A DNA stretch of 61,318 nt, filler included, from Sphacelaria rigidula (taxonomy: Eukaryota), in NCBI GenBank assembly GCA_964200075.2. It is 7 parts of 7 records of this genome, joined end to end, with 100 filler letters (N's around TTAATTAATTAA, not from the genome) between each part and the next. Parts side by side here need not be neighbours in the genome. Positions count along the whole stretch, not along the records: positions 8,776 to 17,450 come from CAXNAA020010421.1; positions 17,551 to 26,224 come from CAXNAA020010422.1; 5 more parts are not named here. The stretch is one strand, 5' to 3'. The notes beneath the pieces are model-generated. The model was not told the DNA's origin and ran no database searches. It saw only the letters and a list, made by a program, of their open reading frames with translations. Each line of letters begins with the position of its first letter. The first letter of the stretch is position 1. Of this stretch, positions 12,681 to 22,902 are shown in pieces. The translations under genes and the position numbers were made by a program.

Positions 12681-13572
12681 TAGAGCCTAGTTCAGGATGC
12701 GCGCATAAAGTTTAGCTTAATTTGGGGGTTTTGAGCTTAAATGGGCCTTTTTATCGCAAAGCTTATAATTAGGTTAATGTTCTTGAAACGAGCTTGACAT
12801 GCTCGAAACGCGCATAAAACGCGCATAAGTTGCGATAATTCTTCATGCGCCTCCTGCAGCCAGCTGCCCGCGAGTGCTCCATGTGGCGTGACTCGTCACC
12901 AGACAGGCCGACTCGCTTCAGACTTCAATACTCCAGACTTCCATGGTCGTGTTTCGTGTTCCTATTTTGTTGAGGGTCTGATCAGCAAAACGTCCCATTC
13001 ATATTCTTCACTCATGGTACTCTCATGTTAAAAAAGTGGCTGAAGACTAGTGCACTTGTACAGCGTGCAATCGGTACCGGTAGTTCGACAAGATTTCCAA
13101 TGTCGACTGGCCGTAGATGATGGGTGGGGAGGTGGAAGCTCGTAGCTTGTAGCTTGCCGAGTGAGAGGCCAAAAGGCTGCAATGCCCTCTGTCCAGAGGC
13201 TACAATACCCTACTCCTGCATCATGTACCCTAAGTGCAGTGGCACTTGTTATTTTCGTACGTGGGTTAAGGTGTAGGTGTGCAGGTTGTGGCCTTCAAAC
13301 TCAGTGACTGATGAAAAGCTTCACTTTTCAACCAAGAATAAACATCAAAACTTCGAATGCCCAACTTGTCGTCTTGTCCTTATGCTAGGAGGCGCGCCTC
13401 GAGAGGGGGATATTGCCACAACTCCACAACAAGGACGGGAATAAGGCGCATAAAGAGCGCCTAATATACGCTAAAAAGGCTTAAAATGGGGCTTAAAAAA
13501 ATAAGGAGATTATTAAAAGAAAAAATAGAAGCTTAATTTCAAGGGAAAACGCGCATACGGAAATAAGGCCTA
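12681..13572. mobile_element. TIR element, hAT-like
   Basis: Imperfect 22-bp TIRs starting TAG (16/22 match); GCGCATAA and GCTTAA subterminal repeats; no TSD recognisable. Confidence 0.5.
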
Positions 13573-14145
13573 CGTAAAAGGGGGAAGATGTGCTGTTTAC
13601 CATCCCCGGGAAAAAATAGCTAAATATATCGACGATATCAATATCCGATATCGATACTGAGACTGATACTGATACAAATATCGGCTTGAAAACCGGCGAT
13701 ACCGATATGGCGTATCGACCGATTATTTTTACTATTACTATTTCCGCACATTATTCCGATCTCTCGAACCTGTGGTCAAAGACGTAGGCTCGTCTTTCCA
13801 ATACCATCCCTGCTATTCCTTACAAGACATAGAGTCCTCCATCATTTTTGTTCGAGACCCCAGCCTAATTACAGGAACGAACGCAGTCAACTAAAATACT
13901 ACCAAAATGAAAATGATAATAGATACGCCAAGAAAAATATAAGAAGTACGTAACTTCCCCGAGATTCGACGAGGTGAAAAAGATGCAAAACAGATCTGCT
14001 AAGAGAAGCACACCGACAGAAAAGATCAAGAAAAGAAAAGAAAAGACAGATGACACAAGGGGATTCGCACGGCCACCTGGCGGGGGGCAACTCAAAAAAC
14101 AACCCCGGGCACACTCATAGACCACCACCACAGCTGTTCGGGGAT

Positions 14146-14546
14146 GTGTGTGTGTGTGTGTGTGTGTGTGTGTTGTCGTCCCATCTACTCTAGGCACCTG
14201 TCTACACCTTTCGGTATGTGTGGGCACACCAGCCGGGGTCACACAGGAGGAAGGTCAACACAGGAGCCTATTATTTTTTATTTGTTTTAAGTACCCCACT
14301 TTCCTTCTGCGGTGCTTGCCGTTGTTTTTTATCGCGAGAGGGGTTACCAGTCCCCTTCCCTCGTCGACCGTTAAGTCGAATTTTGTGTACCCACGACATA
14401 GTCGCTCTCCACTGTTAGGCATGGTGTGAGAAAGAATGCCAGGTCGCTCGGAGACTTGGACCNNNNNNNNNNGCTCTGAGAATTGAACCCACGACCCAAC
14501 CGTCAGAAGGTTTCGAGGTTACCAACTGAGCCACCGGGGCGACCGG
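14146..14546 (-). mobile_element. tRNA-derived SINE, full-length copy with (CA)n tail
   Basis: Head GGTCGCCCCGG-TGGCTCAGTTGG (A box)...GGTTCAATTC (B box); body shared with the other copies; (TG)n at 14145-14172 on the + strand. Confidence 0.8.
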
Positions 14547-14554
14547 GGATACCG

Positions 14555-17450
14555 CAGATGTACTGGTGAGTGTACTACCCGATGGACCACTGGTTACTTT
14601 TTCAAGGCCCTCGGTGGGCACTGGGGGAGCTCTAGTGGTAGCACATAAAAAATATCCTTGGCGTGACGTGCTTTCGTCCAGGCTGCCATGTAGATTCAAG
14701 CCCCCTCCCCTACAACTGGGGATCATTCGGACACATCGTGGGCAACCTGCGTCCACGATGTCGCATTTATTCCGAAGTACGAGCAGTAGTCCGTGATACA
14801 GTGTTGTAGGCGCCTTGTTGATCGACCTGCCCTCGTCTTCCCCCTGATCATGACTCCACGCATGACGATGTTGGGGAGGCGTTCATCGTGCATGCGCACA
14901 ACGCGGCCGGCGTGTAGGAGGGTTCGCTTTATCACTGTGGCCTCAATGCATTCGTAGCTAGTTCGTTCAAGGACCTCGTGGTGTGGCAGCATGTGGTAGT
15001 TAGGGGCGCTGCGGCTTGAGGTATGCGTATCGAGGCACCTCAGCAGGAATCCTCGATGGGCCTTCCGTAACGCGCCTAATTTGTTGTGAGCGATCGTCCA
15101 GGTCACGCAGCCGTACAGCATTGCCTCGACCACTTCAGTTTTCAGGAGACGAACCTTGGTGGCGAGAGCTATGTACCGGTTGTCGTATACCGCTTTGCTG
15201 TACTTGTAGAAGCACGTCCAGGCTTGGCCAATGCGGCTGTGGATCTCGGGAGTGACATCACCGATGCCGTTGACATTTCCGCCAAGGTAGAGGAACGACT
15301 CAACTTGCTTGTACCTTTGGCCCGCTGCGTCCACCTCGATCGTATCCGTCTCCATGTTCGGGGAGCGCATGTGCATGGTGACCGTGTTCTTTTCCGCGAC
15401 GACGAGACCGGATGCCGCACATACATCGACGACAGTCGTCATCATCTTTGCCAGGTTTTTCCGGGACCGCGAAGCGATGCCAGCGTCGTCGGCGTATAGC
15501 ATAGCCCAGAGCACTGTGCTGCGTTCGTCCCTGGTCTTCCCGCCCCTTTCGGCAATGTGGATAAAGTCTTGCACCACCGTTTCATTGATCGAGAAGCGGT
15601 CGAACGTTACCGTCAGCACCGCCGCGAAAAATATGTTGAACAGACCGGGGGAAAGGACACATCCTTTGAGGAGGCCCTGGTTAACGTTTAACTACTCAAA
15701 CGTCTCGCCGAGGTCCTGACGTACGCATGCTCGCATGCCGCCGTGGAATTCGCGGATGATGGAATTGCCTTGGCGGGGATACCGTAGAGTGCTAGAACTT
15801 TCCAGAGAAGAGAGCGAAGACCCGAGATAAATACCGCGGTAGTTGCCGCATTCGTGCGGGTCCTGCTTCTTGAAAAGCACCTTGATAATGGTGTCTTTCC
15901 ACTCCTGCGGCACTACTTCCTGACGCCACACGGCGAGCACGATGTTGTGGAGGCACTTCAGAGCGGCAGAGTCTTCGGTGCGGCCGAGCTTCAAAAGTTC
16001 GCCATAGATGTTGTCCGTCCCAACGGCCTTCCCGTTCGCTAGCTTGCCTACCACTTGCTTCACTTCTGCCATCGAGGGCTCCGCCAGGAGTGGTGCGTGC
16101 TCCGATAGCTGTTCGATCAGCTCGATGACAAAGTGGTCGATCGTACGCGAGGTTGCGTTCAGCAGTGTTTCGAACCATTCTTTCCATCGTTGAAGGATAG
16201 CTTGCTCGCAACAGCTCGCCAGTCGCGCTCCTGATATTAGTTGAATCGCTTTGTTTTTTTCCTTCCAGTTCCAAGGGCTTGATCTGCTGGTACAGTCCTG
16301 CTTGAACCTTCTTGCGAACAAACTCCGCGGTCCGGACTGTGAACTCGTGAACGAAATTCTGCAGCTCAGCATTCTTCACCCGCTTGAACGCCTTGTCCAT
16401 CACCTTCAGCGCCTTCTTCAGGACAGCGTCTTTCGGGTTTGCTCGCAGATTCTTCCACACATTTTACCTGAGATCCCCCGCCTTTTGGAGGCGATCCCGA
16501 GCCTGAGTTGACTCACTGAGATCTTTAGATGGGATTTCCTTGGGGTATGGAGGGGCAGTATCCGCGGCCGTCTGTCGCAGGGCGTCGGCGAAGTTATATG
16601 CCATGTCGTTGATGTCCATTACTGCGGGGGAGTCTGTGACATTCGGGAGCTTAGCGACAATGGCCTGTGAAACAGTCGCTCTCCAGCGTCGGTCGGATGC
16701 GAGGGCGTTGCGGTCGAAACGAACTCCCCTATCCCCGCCTCTGGGTCTCGGTTGGCGGTTGGGAACGTTGCGTCCGAGGAGACGGATTGTGACTGAGACC
16801 CGACGATGGTCCGACTTCATCTCGGGGTGCACAGTGACATTTTGGACGAGTCTGCGGTCTTGCTGACGTACTAGGATGTAGTCCAGGCGCCAGCGGTGTT
16901 CGACCTTCGGCCCCGCATATGTGTATGCGGTCGAGCTTTTCTTGCGCATTGGTGTGCGAAAAAATGTGTTGGTGATGGCCATACTGTGTTCCGCAGCGCA
17001 TTTCAATAGGCGTCTACCGTTATCATTCCGGGTGTCTCTGCCATATTCTCCCAATAACCGAACTTCATCCATGCCTTCTCCTTCTGTCTTTCCGGTACGA
17101 GCATTGGCATCCATCATGAGTACTAGGTGCTTGTTGGGTGGGCACTTCAGCAATGGAACTACTGATGGTGTTTCTGAACTTGGTCTTTTCAGAACATGTT
17201 GTCTCAGTAGGAGCATACCCTACGATGAAGGTTGTTACAACTCTATGCCAGAACGCCACTCGTACCTCGAGGATCCTGGCACTCACGTGTTCGGGGGGCG
17301 ATGGCTTCCGGGCCCAGCGTGCTGGCGATAGACTTCTTAATGGCGAGGTCGACTCCGAGCATCCCCGGTTTACCGCCGTCTTCATGGCAGTGGCCACTGC
17401 AGTGAACGATGTACCCTGCTGCCGGTGCATGGAAGGTTGTTCGTCCATCG
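14555..17450 (-). mobile_element. Degenerate RTE-clade LINE (APE endonuclease + reverse transcriptase), 5' end cut by the contig end
   Basis: APE motifs YAPT, MDANARTG, NDNGRRLL, ITNTFF, LDYILV and SDH. RT motifs GKAVGTD, PQEWKD, NYRGI, GCVLSPGLFNIFF, LYADD and FLYLG. Several frameshifts, and RT domains 2-3 are missing near 15790-15825. Confidence 0.93.
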
Positions 17451-17623
17451 NNNNNNNNNNNNNNNNNNNNNNNNNNNNNNNNNNNNNNNNNNNNTTAATT
17501 AATTAANNNNNNNNNNNNNNNNNNNNNNNNNNNNNNNNNNNNNNNNNNNNCGATCTCACTACTGTTCGCTGAACAGTAGTAGGTCTGTCGTAAGGACAGT
17601 GCCACGACCACGAATTATTCCAA

Positions 17624-17887
17624 CAACAGGAGCTCTTCCTTTTTATTTATTTTTAATACTCCACCTTCCTTCTGCGGTGCTTGCCTGTATTTTTTATCGC
17701 GAGAGAGGTTCAGCAGCCCCTTTCCCTCGTCAACCGTCAAGTCGAACTTTGTGTACCCACGACGTAGTCCCTCTCCACTGTTCAGCATGGTGTGAGAAAA
17801 GATTCCAGATCACTCCGGGAATCGAACCCCCCTAATCAACCATCAGAGGGTTACGAGGTTACCAACTGAGCCACCAGGGTGACCGGC
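17624..17887 (-). mobile_element. tRNA-derived SINE copy lacking the 3' part
   Basis: Perfect A box TGGCTCAGTTGG and B box GGTTCGATTCC; body matches 14260-14430. Confidence 0.8.
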
Positions 17888-18424
17888 AGCGGTGGTGCAT
17901 GGATTTCCCGACATGGCGTCCCTCGCTCCGCAGTGTTCGCGAGAAACGGTGGATGATGACGAATATCCTAATTTCGACCGGAGGTTCCGCACACCTTATG
18001 CATGCAGCTGGGGACCTGAAAGCATCTCCCAAGTGGAAGGAGTGGGCTCGAAGACGATCGATGTGCGTTTATATACTGCCAAGCAATTCCTCTCGCAAGT
18101 TGCATTCATAATGGTGCTGTCTGCTTGGAGCATTTGCAGAATTCGTGCAGCCTGGGCGAAACCCCCCCCTCCCCCGTCGAACCTCACCTCCGGCGTCATG
18201 GCAGAGCACGGCGATCGCATGACGCCACAGACAGGGACTAGGAGGGTGTTTTCACCATCTAGAGAAGTTAATCATTCCATAGCGAAAGCTTGTGTTGAAA
18301 TCCATCCATGCCGTAACTCAAACGACGTGACTGAAGTTTGAAAAAGTTCAAACCTTTTATCCGCACCAGTGCATGGGCCATCTGGACTGCTGTGTACTGC
18401 ACCAACAGCACATAGAAGCAAGAT

Positions 18425-18562
18425 AGAGCACACCACAGCGTAGCGCAGCGCAGCACACCACAGTGCAGTACAGTTCAACACAGTAAAGTACAGCATAGCA
18501 CAGTACAGTACAGTGTAGTACAGTATAATACAATACAATAAAGTTCAGGGCAGTACAGAGCA
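18425..18562. repeat. Degenerate pentanucleotide microsatellite (CAGTA/CAGCG/CAATA)n
   Basis: Direct reading. Other simple repeats: (GCA)n 28087-28123, (TG)n 30474-30511, (TA)n 37338-37362, (CAG)n 40238-40263, (CAATCACT)n 59493-59523. Confidence 0.85.
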
Positions 18563-18627
18563 CTGTGCTGCCGGCGAAGTATATAGTGACAGCTCTGTAC
18601 TGAAGGGCGTTCACAGCAAGAAATAAA

Positions 18628-19044
18628 CAGAGAATTCTATAAAATGAGGTTGCACGATGAAATGAGGCTCAAGCCCAAAACAGAGATTTCCCCACACTTT
18701 CAGCGATGATGCCCGATTACCTTTCCGTCAGCCTCATGCCCTTTGATCGCGTAGGTACGTCTCCAGCACATTTTACCGACTCTGTGAGCATATACAGCGC
18801 TGCCCTAAACCGTCATTTTCCCTCATTTGTTTTAGAGGGGTGGTGATATCAGGGGAAACGACGGTTTCGGCCAGCGCGGTAAGCTCAGAGAGTCGGTAAA
18901 ATGCGCAGAAGAAGTATCTACGCGATCTATTTGCATTAGGCTGACAAAAAAGTCATCGGGCACCATCGCGGAAAGTGTGGGGAAGGCACTGTTTTGGGCT
19001 TGAACCTTATTTCATCGTGCAACCTCCTTTTTTAGAATTCCTTG
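18628..19044. mobile_element. Fold-back MITE, ~415 bp, unclassified
   Basis: ~200-bp inverted arms (GAATTCTA.AAAA.GAGGTTGCACGATGAAAT.AGG.TCAAGCCCAAAACAG) with a short spacer; TSD unclear. Confidence 0.75.
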
Positions 19045-19807
19045 TGTCGAAGAAAACGCTACATGGAGTACAAGTGTGTATAAAGCAATGTGATGAAGAC
19101 GTATATGCATCACGTTCTGAAAATAGCGGGGCCGTAAGAAATCGACGGCTCGCGTTGTACACAAGCGTATGTACAACTCGCATTTAGTGTCCGTCCCGAG
19201 CTGGAGAAGGCGTCCAATTTAGTAATCTAACACCCGGAATCAAATAACTAACTGATGGCGTGGGTCGAGATTTCTGTCGTTGACGTGGACATAGATTTCG
19301 ACTTCTCATTTTTCATGGTATTTCAGAATCCGATAGAACGCCGCGACCGCTACATGCGACAGAGAACATATACCTCCGTCGCCACAGGAGGCGAGAAATT
19401 GAGAACGGCAGGGTCGATGACACGCTCGATCAGAAGCGTTGGTGTTCAACTCCCCACCTAACCAACCCCCCTGTACATACCCTCGCGGCAGATGTGGAGG
19501 ATCCCCAGGACTAACTCATGTGATGTGACGTCCGGGCGCCTGCTGAGACGCCGGCCGGGGCAGCCCGGGCGTCACATACGACACCAGAACCGATCCCGAG
19601 GTATGAGCACCTTCAATTCACTATTGTAGTATCCTCACGAGCTATCGCAGGTGATGATCACACGCTCCTCACTGCTTGCTTTCAGGTGATTACTACAGCT
19701 TTCGAACCAAACGCGGGACGTGAGCATGCGTGGTATATATATGTATACGAAGTATAGGATTATATATGCACAAGATTTCTCGACCCTGACGCAGTAAAAG
19801 TCAAATA

Positions 19808-20490
19808 TTGCACAGAACCAAGTTCTGGCACACATACGCGTTGTTGCATGTCACGCGGGCAGGTAGTGAAACACCTGCGTATCTGCGGCTGCCATCCCGC
19901 CCGGCACATGCCATAAATGTGGTTGAAAGAAATTCTTGGCCGACAGGCGTAAAACCTGCCGTGTCGATGTCAAATATGAAGGCAATTGCTGGCGGCCATG
20001 TCGGCAACGAAGACGCAGTAGGAGCAAAGCCCAGTCCCCAATTGTATGGAAAACACAGGGCGATCGCACTGCTCTGTTACTCTCGGGCGCCAGGCGCGGT
20101 GGTCGGGAGCCTTCCCGTGGCTGCCCAGACTTAGACGCCTGCAAGAAGCACGTCAGTAAGTCCGATGCGGTGTTCGAATACTGGGGGGGAAGCGTCCTAC
20201 GACGCATGCCTCCAGTGAACTTCAACGGACGCGGGTGGGGCATAGAACCTGAGAGGGGGACTCACCACGAGGGTGGTGTAAAATCGTCGAGCACAGCGTG
20301 TGTGGAGTTGTCACGCGATAACATTTTGGTGTACTTGTCGAGACATACATGCGTAAACACACCCGGAAACGTGCAAATACTTAGATGTGCATGCAAACCG
20401 GAAAGGACGGCGTCAAAACACAGATGTCAGAGTTGCAGGTGTTTGAGGAACTGCACTCTGAGCTGCGGTCGCCAGGGTCGCTGCTTCCTG
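19808..20490 (+). pseudogene. Relic of a transposon-associated gene with C-terminal CXC (tesmin-like) cysteine cluster
   Basis: PDLDACKKHV..SDAVFEYW...PP...GRGW...CACK...CQSCRCLRNCTLSC..QGRC follows the P..AL..H..R....W..P..GW..CxCK..C.C..C..C pattern. Frameshifted and intronless. Confidence 0.4.
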
Positions 20491-21485
20491 CCCCCGCCCC
20501 CTTCGCGAGCGGCCGCCACGAATCCCGCTGAGGAAACCGGCGACGGACAGAGCGGTACACGTGGCCAATCGCGAAACGGAAGAAGTGGATCAATAGCGAA
20601 GCATTCTAGGCGTGGGTCGACTGCATCACATGGAATGGGGGCGGCATCTCGAGCAAGCAGCGCACCAGGGACACCTGTTGATACGACTGATGGTGAGGAG
20701 CCTCGCCGGCGCGGCGCCGGGGGAAAGTGGTGCGCAGAGCGCACTCGGGACCAGATGCTATCAGTGAAATCGCGGGCGTAAATAGCCGCGCACGCGAGCA
20801 ATCGCGCAACGGGAAAGGCCGCTCGCCAGCGAAGCATGCAAGGGGCGAGTCGGCTGCACCACGCGGAAAGGGGTGCGGCAAGTGGAGCGAGCAACGCGCC
20901 AGGGGCACCTGTTGGTGTGACCGATGGTAAGGGGCGTTACTGGCACGGCGGCGGGAGGCAGGGGGTAGGGGGGGCGCATCCGGGACAAGATCCCATCGGT
21001 GGCTACTTTTGCGACGGCGGATTAGATAAACCCGTCAGACACAAGTCCAACTCTGCAGCCGGGATCTGGATCGGAGATTCGGATTCCGAATGCAGCGGGT
21101 CCGAGAGAGAAGACTCGGCATCGGCAGCGGGCGACGACAAAGAGGAAGATTTCGCGTTCTAATTTTAGTTCACGGATAATATTGGGGCCGCTCTTTCTGT
21201 AAATAGACTGCGCAAACGTTTCTGTACAACTCAAAGTTGTTTTTTCCACGCCGTAGTCATGGGCCGTGTCTCATGTATATGGCCATGATGGCTCGTGGAT
21301 GTGGGGTGCACCGTGGGATGCAAAAGTGTATTGGGGGGGATCTGACCACGCCTGTCAGCGAATCGCCTGTGGTACATGGGGCAACCTGGTAATGTCAATG
21401 AAGTGAGTGTTTCAACGCAAGACGACTAGTCTGACCGTTATCCTAGTATGCTAGTCAACCTTTCAATTTACCGTGCAGCACTGCC

Positions 21486-21663
21486 GACACCTTCTACGAT
21501 AGCCCCCCCCAAAAACGTGCACGGTTTTGGGAAGCAAAATCTTCACGAAAGTCGAAATGGGAAAAGCCGAGCACAACGAGANNNNNNNNNNCAGGCACTT
21601 CATGGCCAGTTTTTTCGTGACACTTTTAGCTGGTTTTGGGGGGGGGCTATCGTAAAAAGTGTC
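21486..21663. mobile_element. Small MITE with 4-bp TSD; lone termini at 8820-8857 and 34912-34943
   Basis: TIR GACAC(C/T)TT(C/T)TACGATAGCCCCCCCCAAAA; flanks TGCC/TGCC; contains a 10-N gap. Confidence 0.7.
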
Positions 21664-21708
21664 TGCCAACGCTCGCGCCTCAATACTATGGCGTTCGCGC
21701 AAGGAGAC

Positions 21709-21917
21709 TGTAATGCGTGACAGGACCGCGTGCTCAAAGGACCGCATCGGAGATTGAACATCCCCATGGTTAGGGCTAGGGTTAAGGTTAGTGTTGGGGT
21801 TATGGTCAGGGGCGTGGTACCTGCAGGGACAGGCCCGATTGGTTTTGAAAAACATCGATCCTTCGGTGTTTTGAACTACGGCGCTGTCCTAAGCACGCGG
21901 TCCCCTCACGCATTACA
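21709..21917 (+). mobile_element. TGT..ACA MITE with internal telomere-like repeats, copy 1
   Basis: 26-bp TIR TGTAATGCGTGA(C/G)AGGACCGCGTGCT; 5-bp TSD GAGAC/GAGAC; degenerate (TTAGGG)n at 21768-21802. Confidence 0.8.
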
Positions 21918-22691
21918 GAGACAACGGCCGGGAATAATCCGTATCACTATTGTGCTGAACGATCCGACGAAAAACATCGGCTGGTGTTCTTCGTCACACT
22001 CCTGCCGACATCCTTGATACTGCACCATGTGCACCGAACCGGAGGGTTGTGTCACCAGCGGTCTTGCGCATCACACACCACGTCGACTTTCACCACGTTT
22101 TATATCAACCGCTTATTATGACAAACACAACATGTTGAATGAATGTTTTTTTTGTCCTCCCTCTTCGTTTTGGGCGTAAGTTATGGCTGGGAGAATGTTG
22201 CCTCCTCGGTGTGCCTTGCGTTCATCGTCGCAAAATTTGTCACGTCACATGAACGTATTGAGGTGCTTGTGTCTTGTTTCCTTTGCCGAAGTTGTATGTT
22301 CGTCCAAGAACTATGAACATCAATCGAGTTCAGGATAAAGTGGTGGTCAGGTGTAGAAACCCATGACAGTTATCAACTCGTGTTGACTGTACTTAGACAA
22401 AAATGCAAGCCCAGTCGAAACAACTCTGCGATCACCGGAAAATGCGAACATGAACGGATTGTTCCTCTGGACTTGACCACTCTGGCAGATGAGTGTATGT
22501 GTAAAAACAAAAACACTTTCATTACCAGAAAAAATGAAGGTGTCCTCGAGTATTTTTTCGTGCAGAATAGGAAGCCATGATCAAGCGTCAATGCTCCCCT
22601 AGCTCCCTTTCGAACGCAAAACAACACACATGAACAAACAAATAGCGCTACGGGCTGGCCCAGCGGTAAATCCCGCAATTGCATGTCACAC

Positions 22692-22902
22692 TGTAATGCG
22701 TGAGAGGACCGCGTGCTTAGAGGACCGCGCCGTAGTTCAAAACACCTCAGGATTGATGTTTATCAAAACCAATCGGGCCAGTCCTTGCAGGTACCACGCC
22801 CCCGACCATAAACCCAACCCTAACCCTAACCCTAACCCTAACCATGGGGATGTTCAAATTCCGATGCGGTCCTAAAAGCACGCGGTCCTCTCACGCATTA
22901 CA
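22692..22902 (-). mobile_element. TGT..ACA MITE with internal telomere repeats, copy 2
   Basis: Perfect 27-bp TIR; 4-bp TSD ACAC/ACAC; (CCCTAA)4 at 22818-22841; opposite orientation to copy 1. Confidence 0.8.

Noticed and set aside
12900..13400. hAT transposase remnant inside the 12681-13572 element
   Set aside because: No dimerisation-domain motif was readable in the frames I examined, and no ORF of 60 aa or more exists here.
14475..14546. Functional tRNA gene
   Set aside because: No convincing acceptor stem, and it is attached to the same repeated body in several copies, so it is a SINE head.
22811..22843. True telomere or chromosome end
   Set aside because: Only four perfect units, internal to a TSD-flanked MITE.
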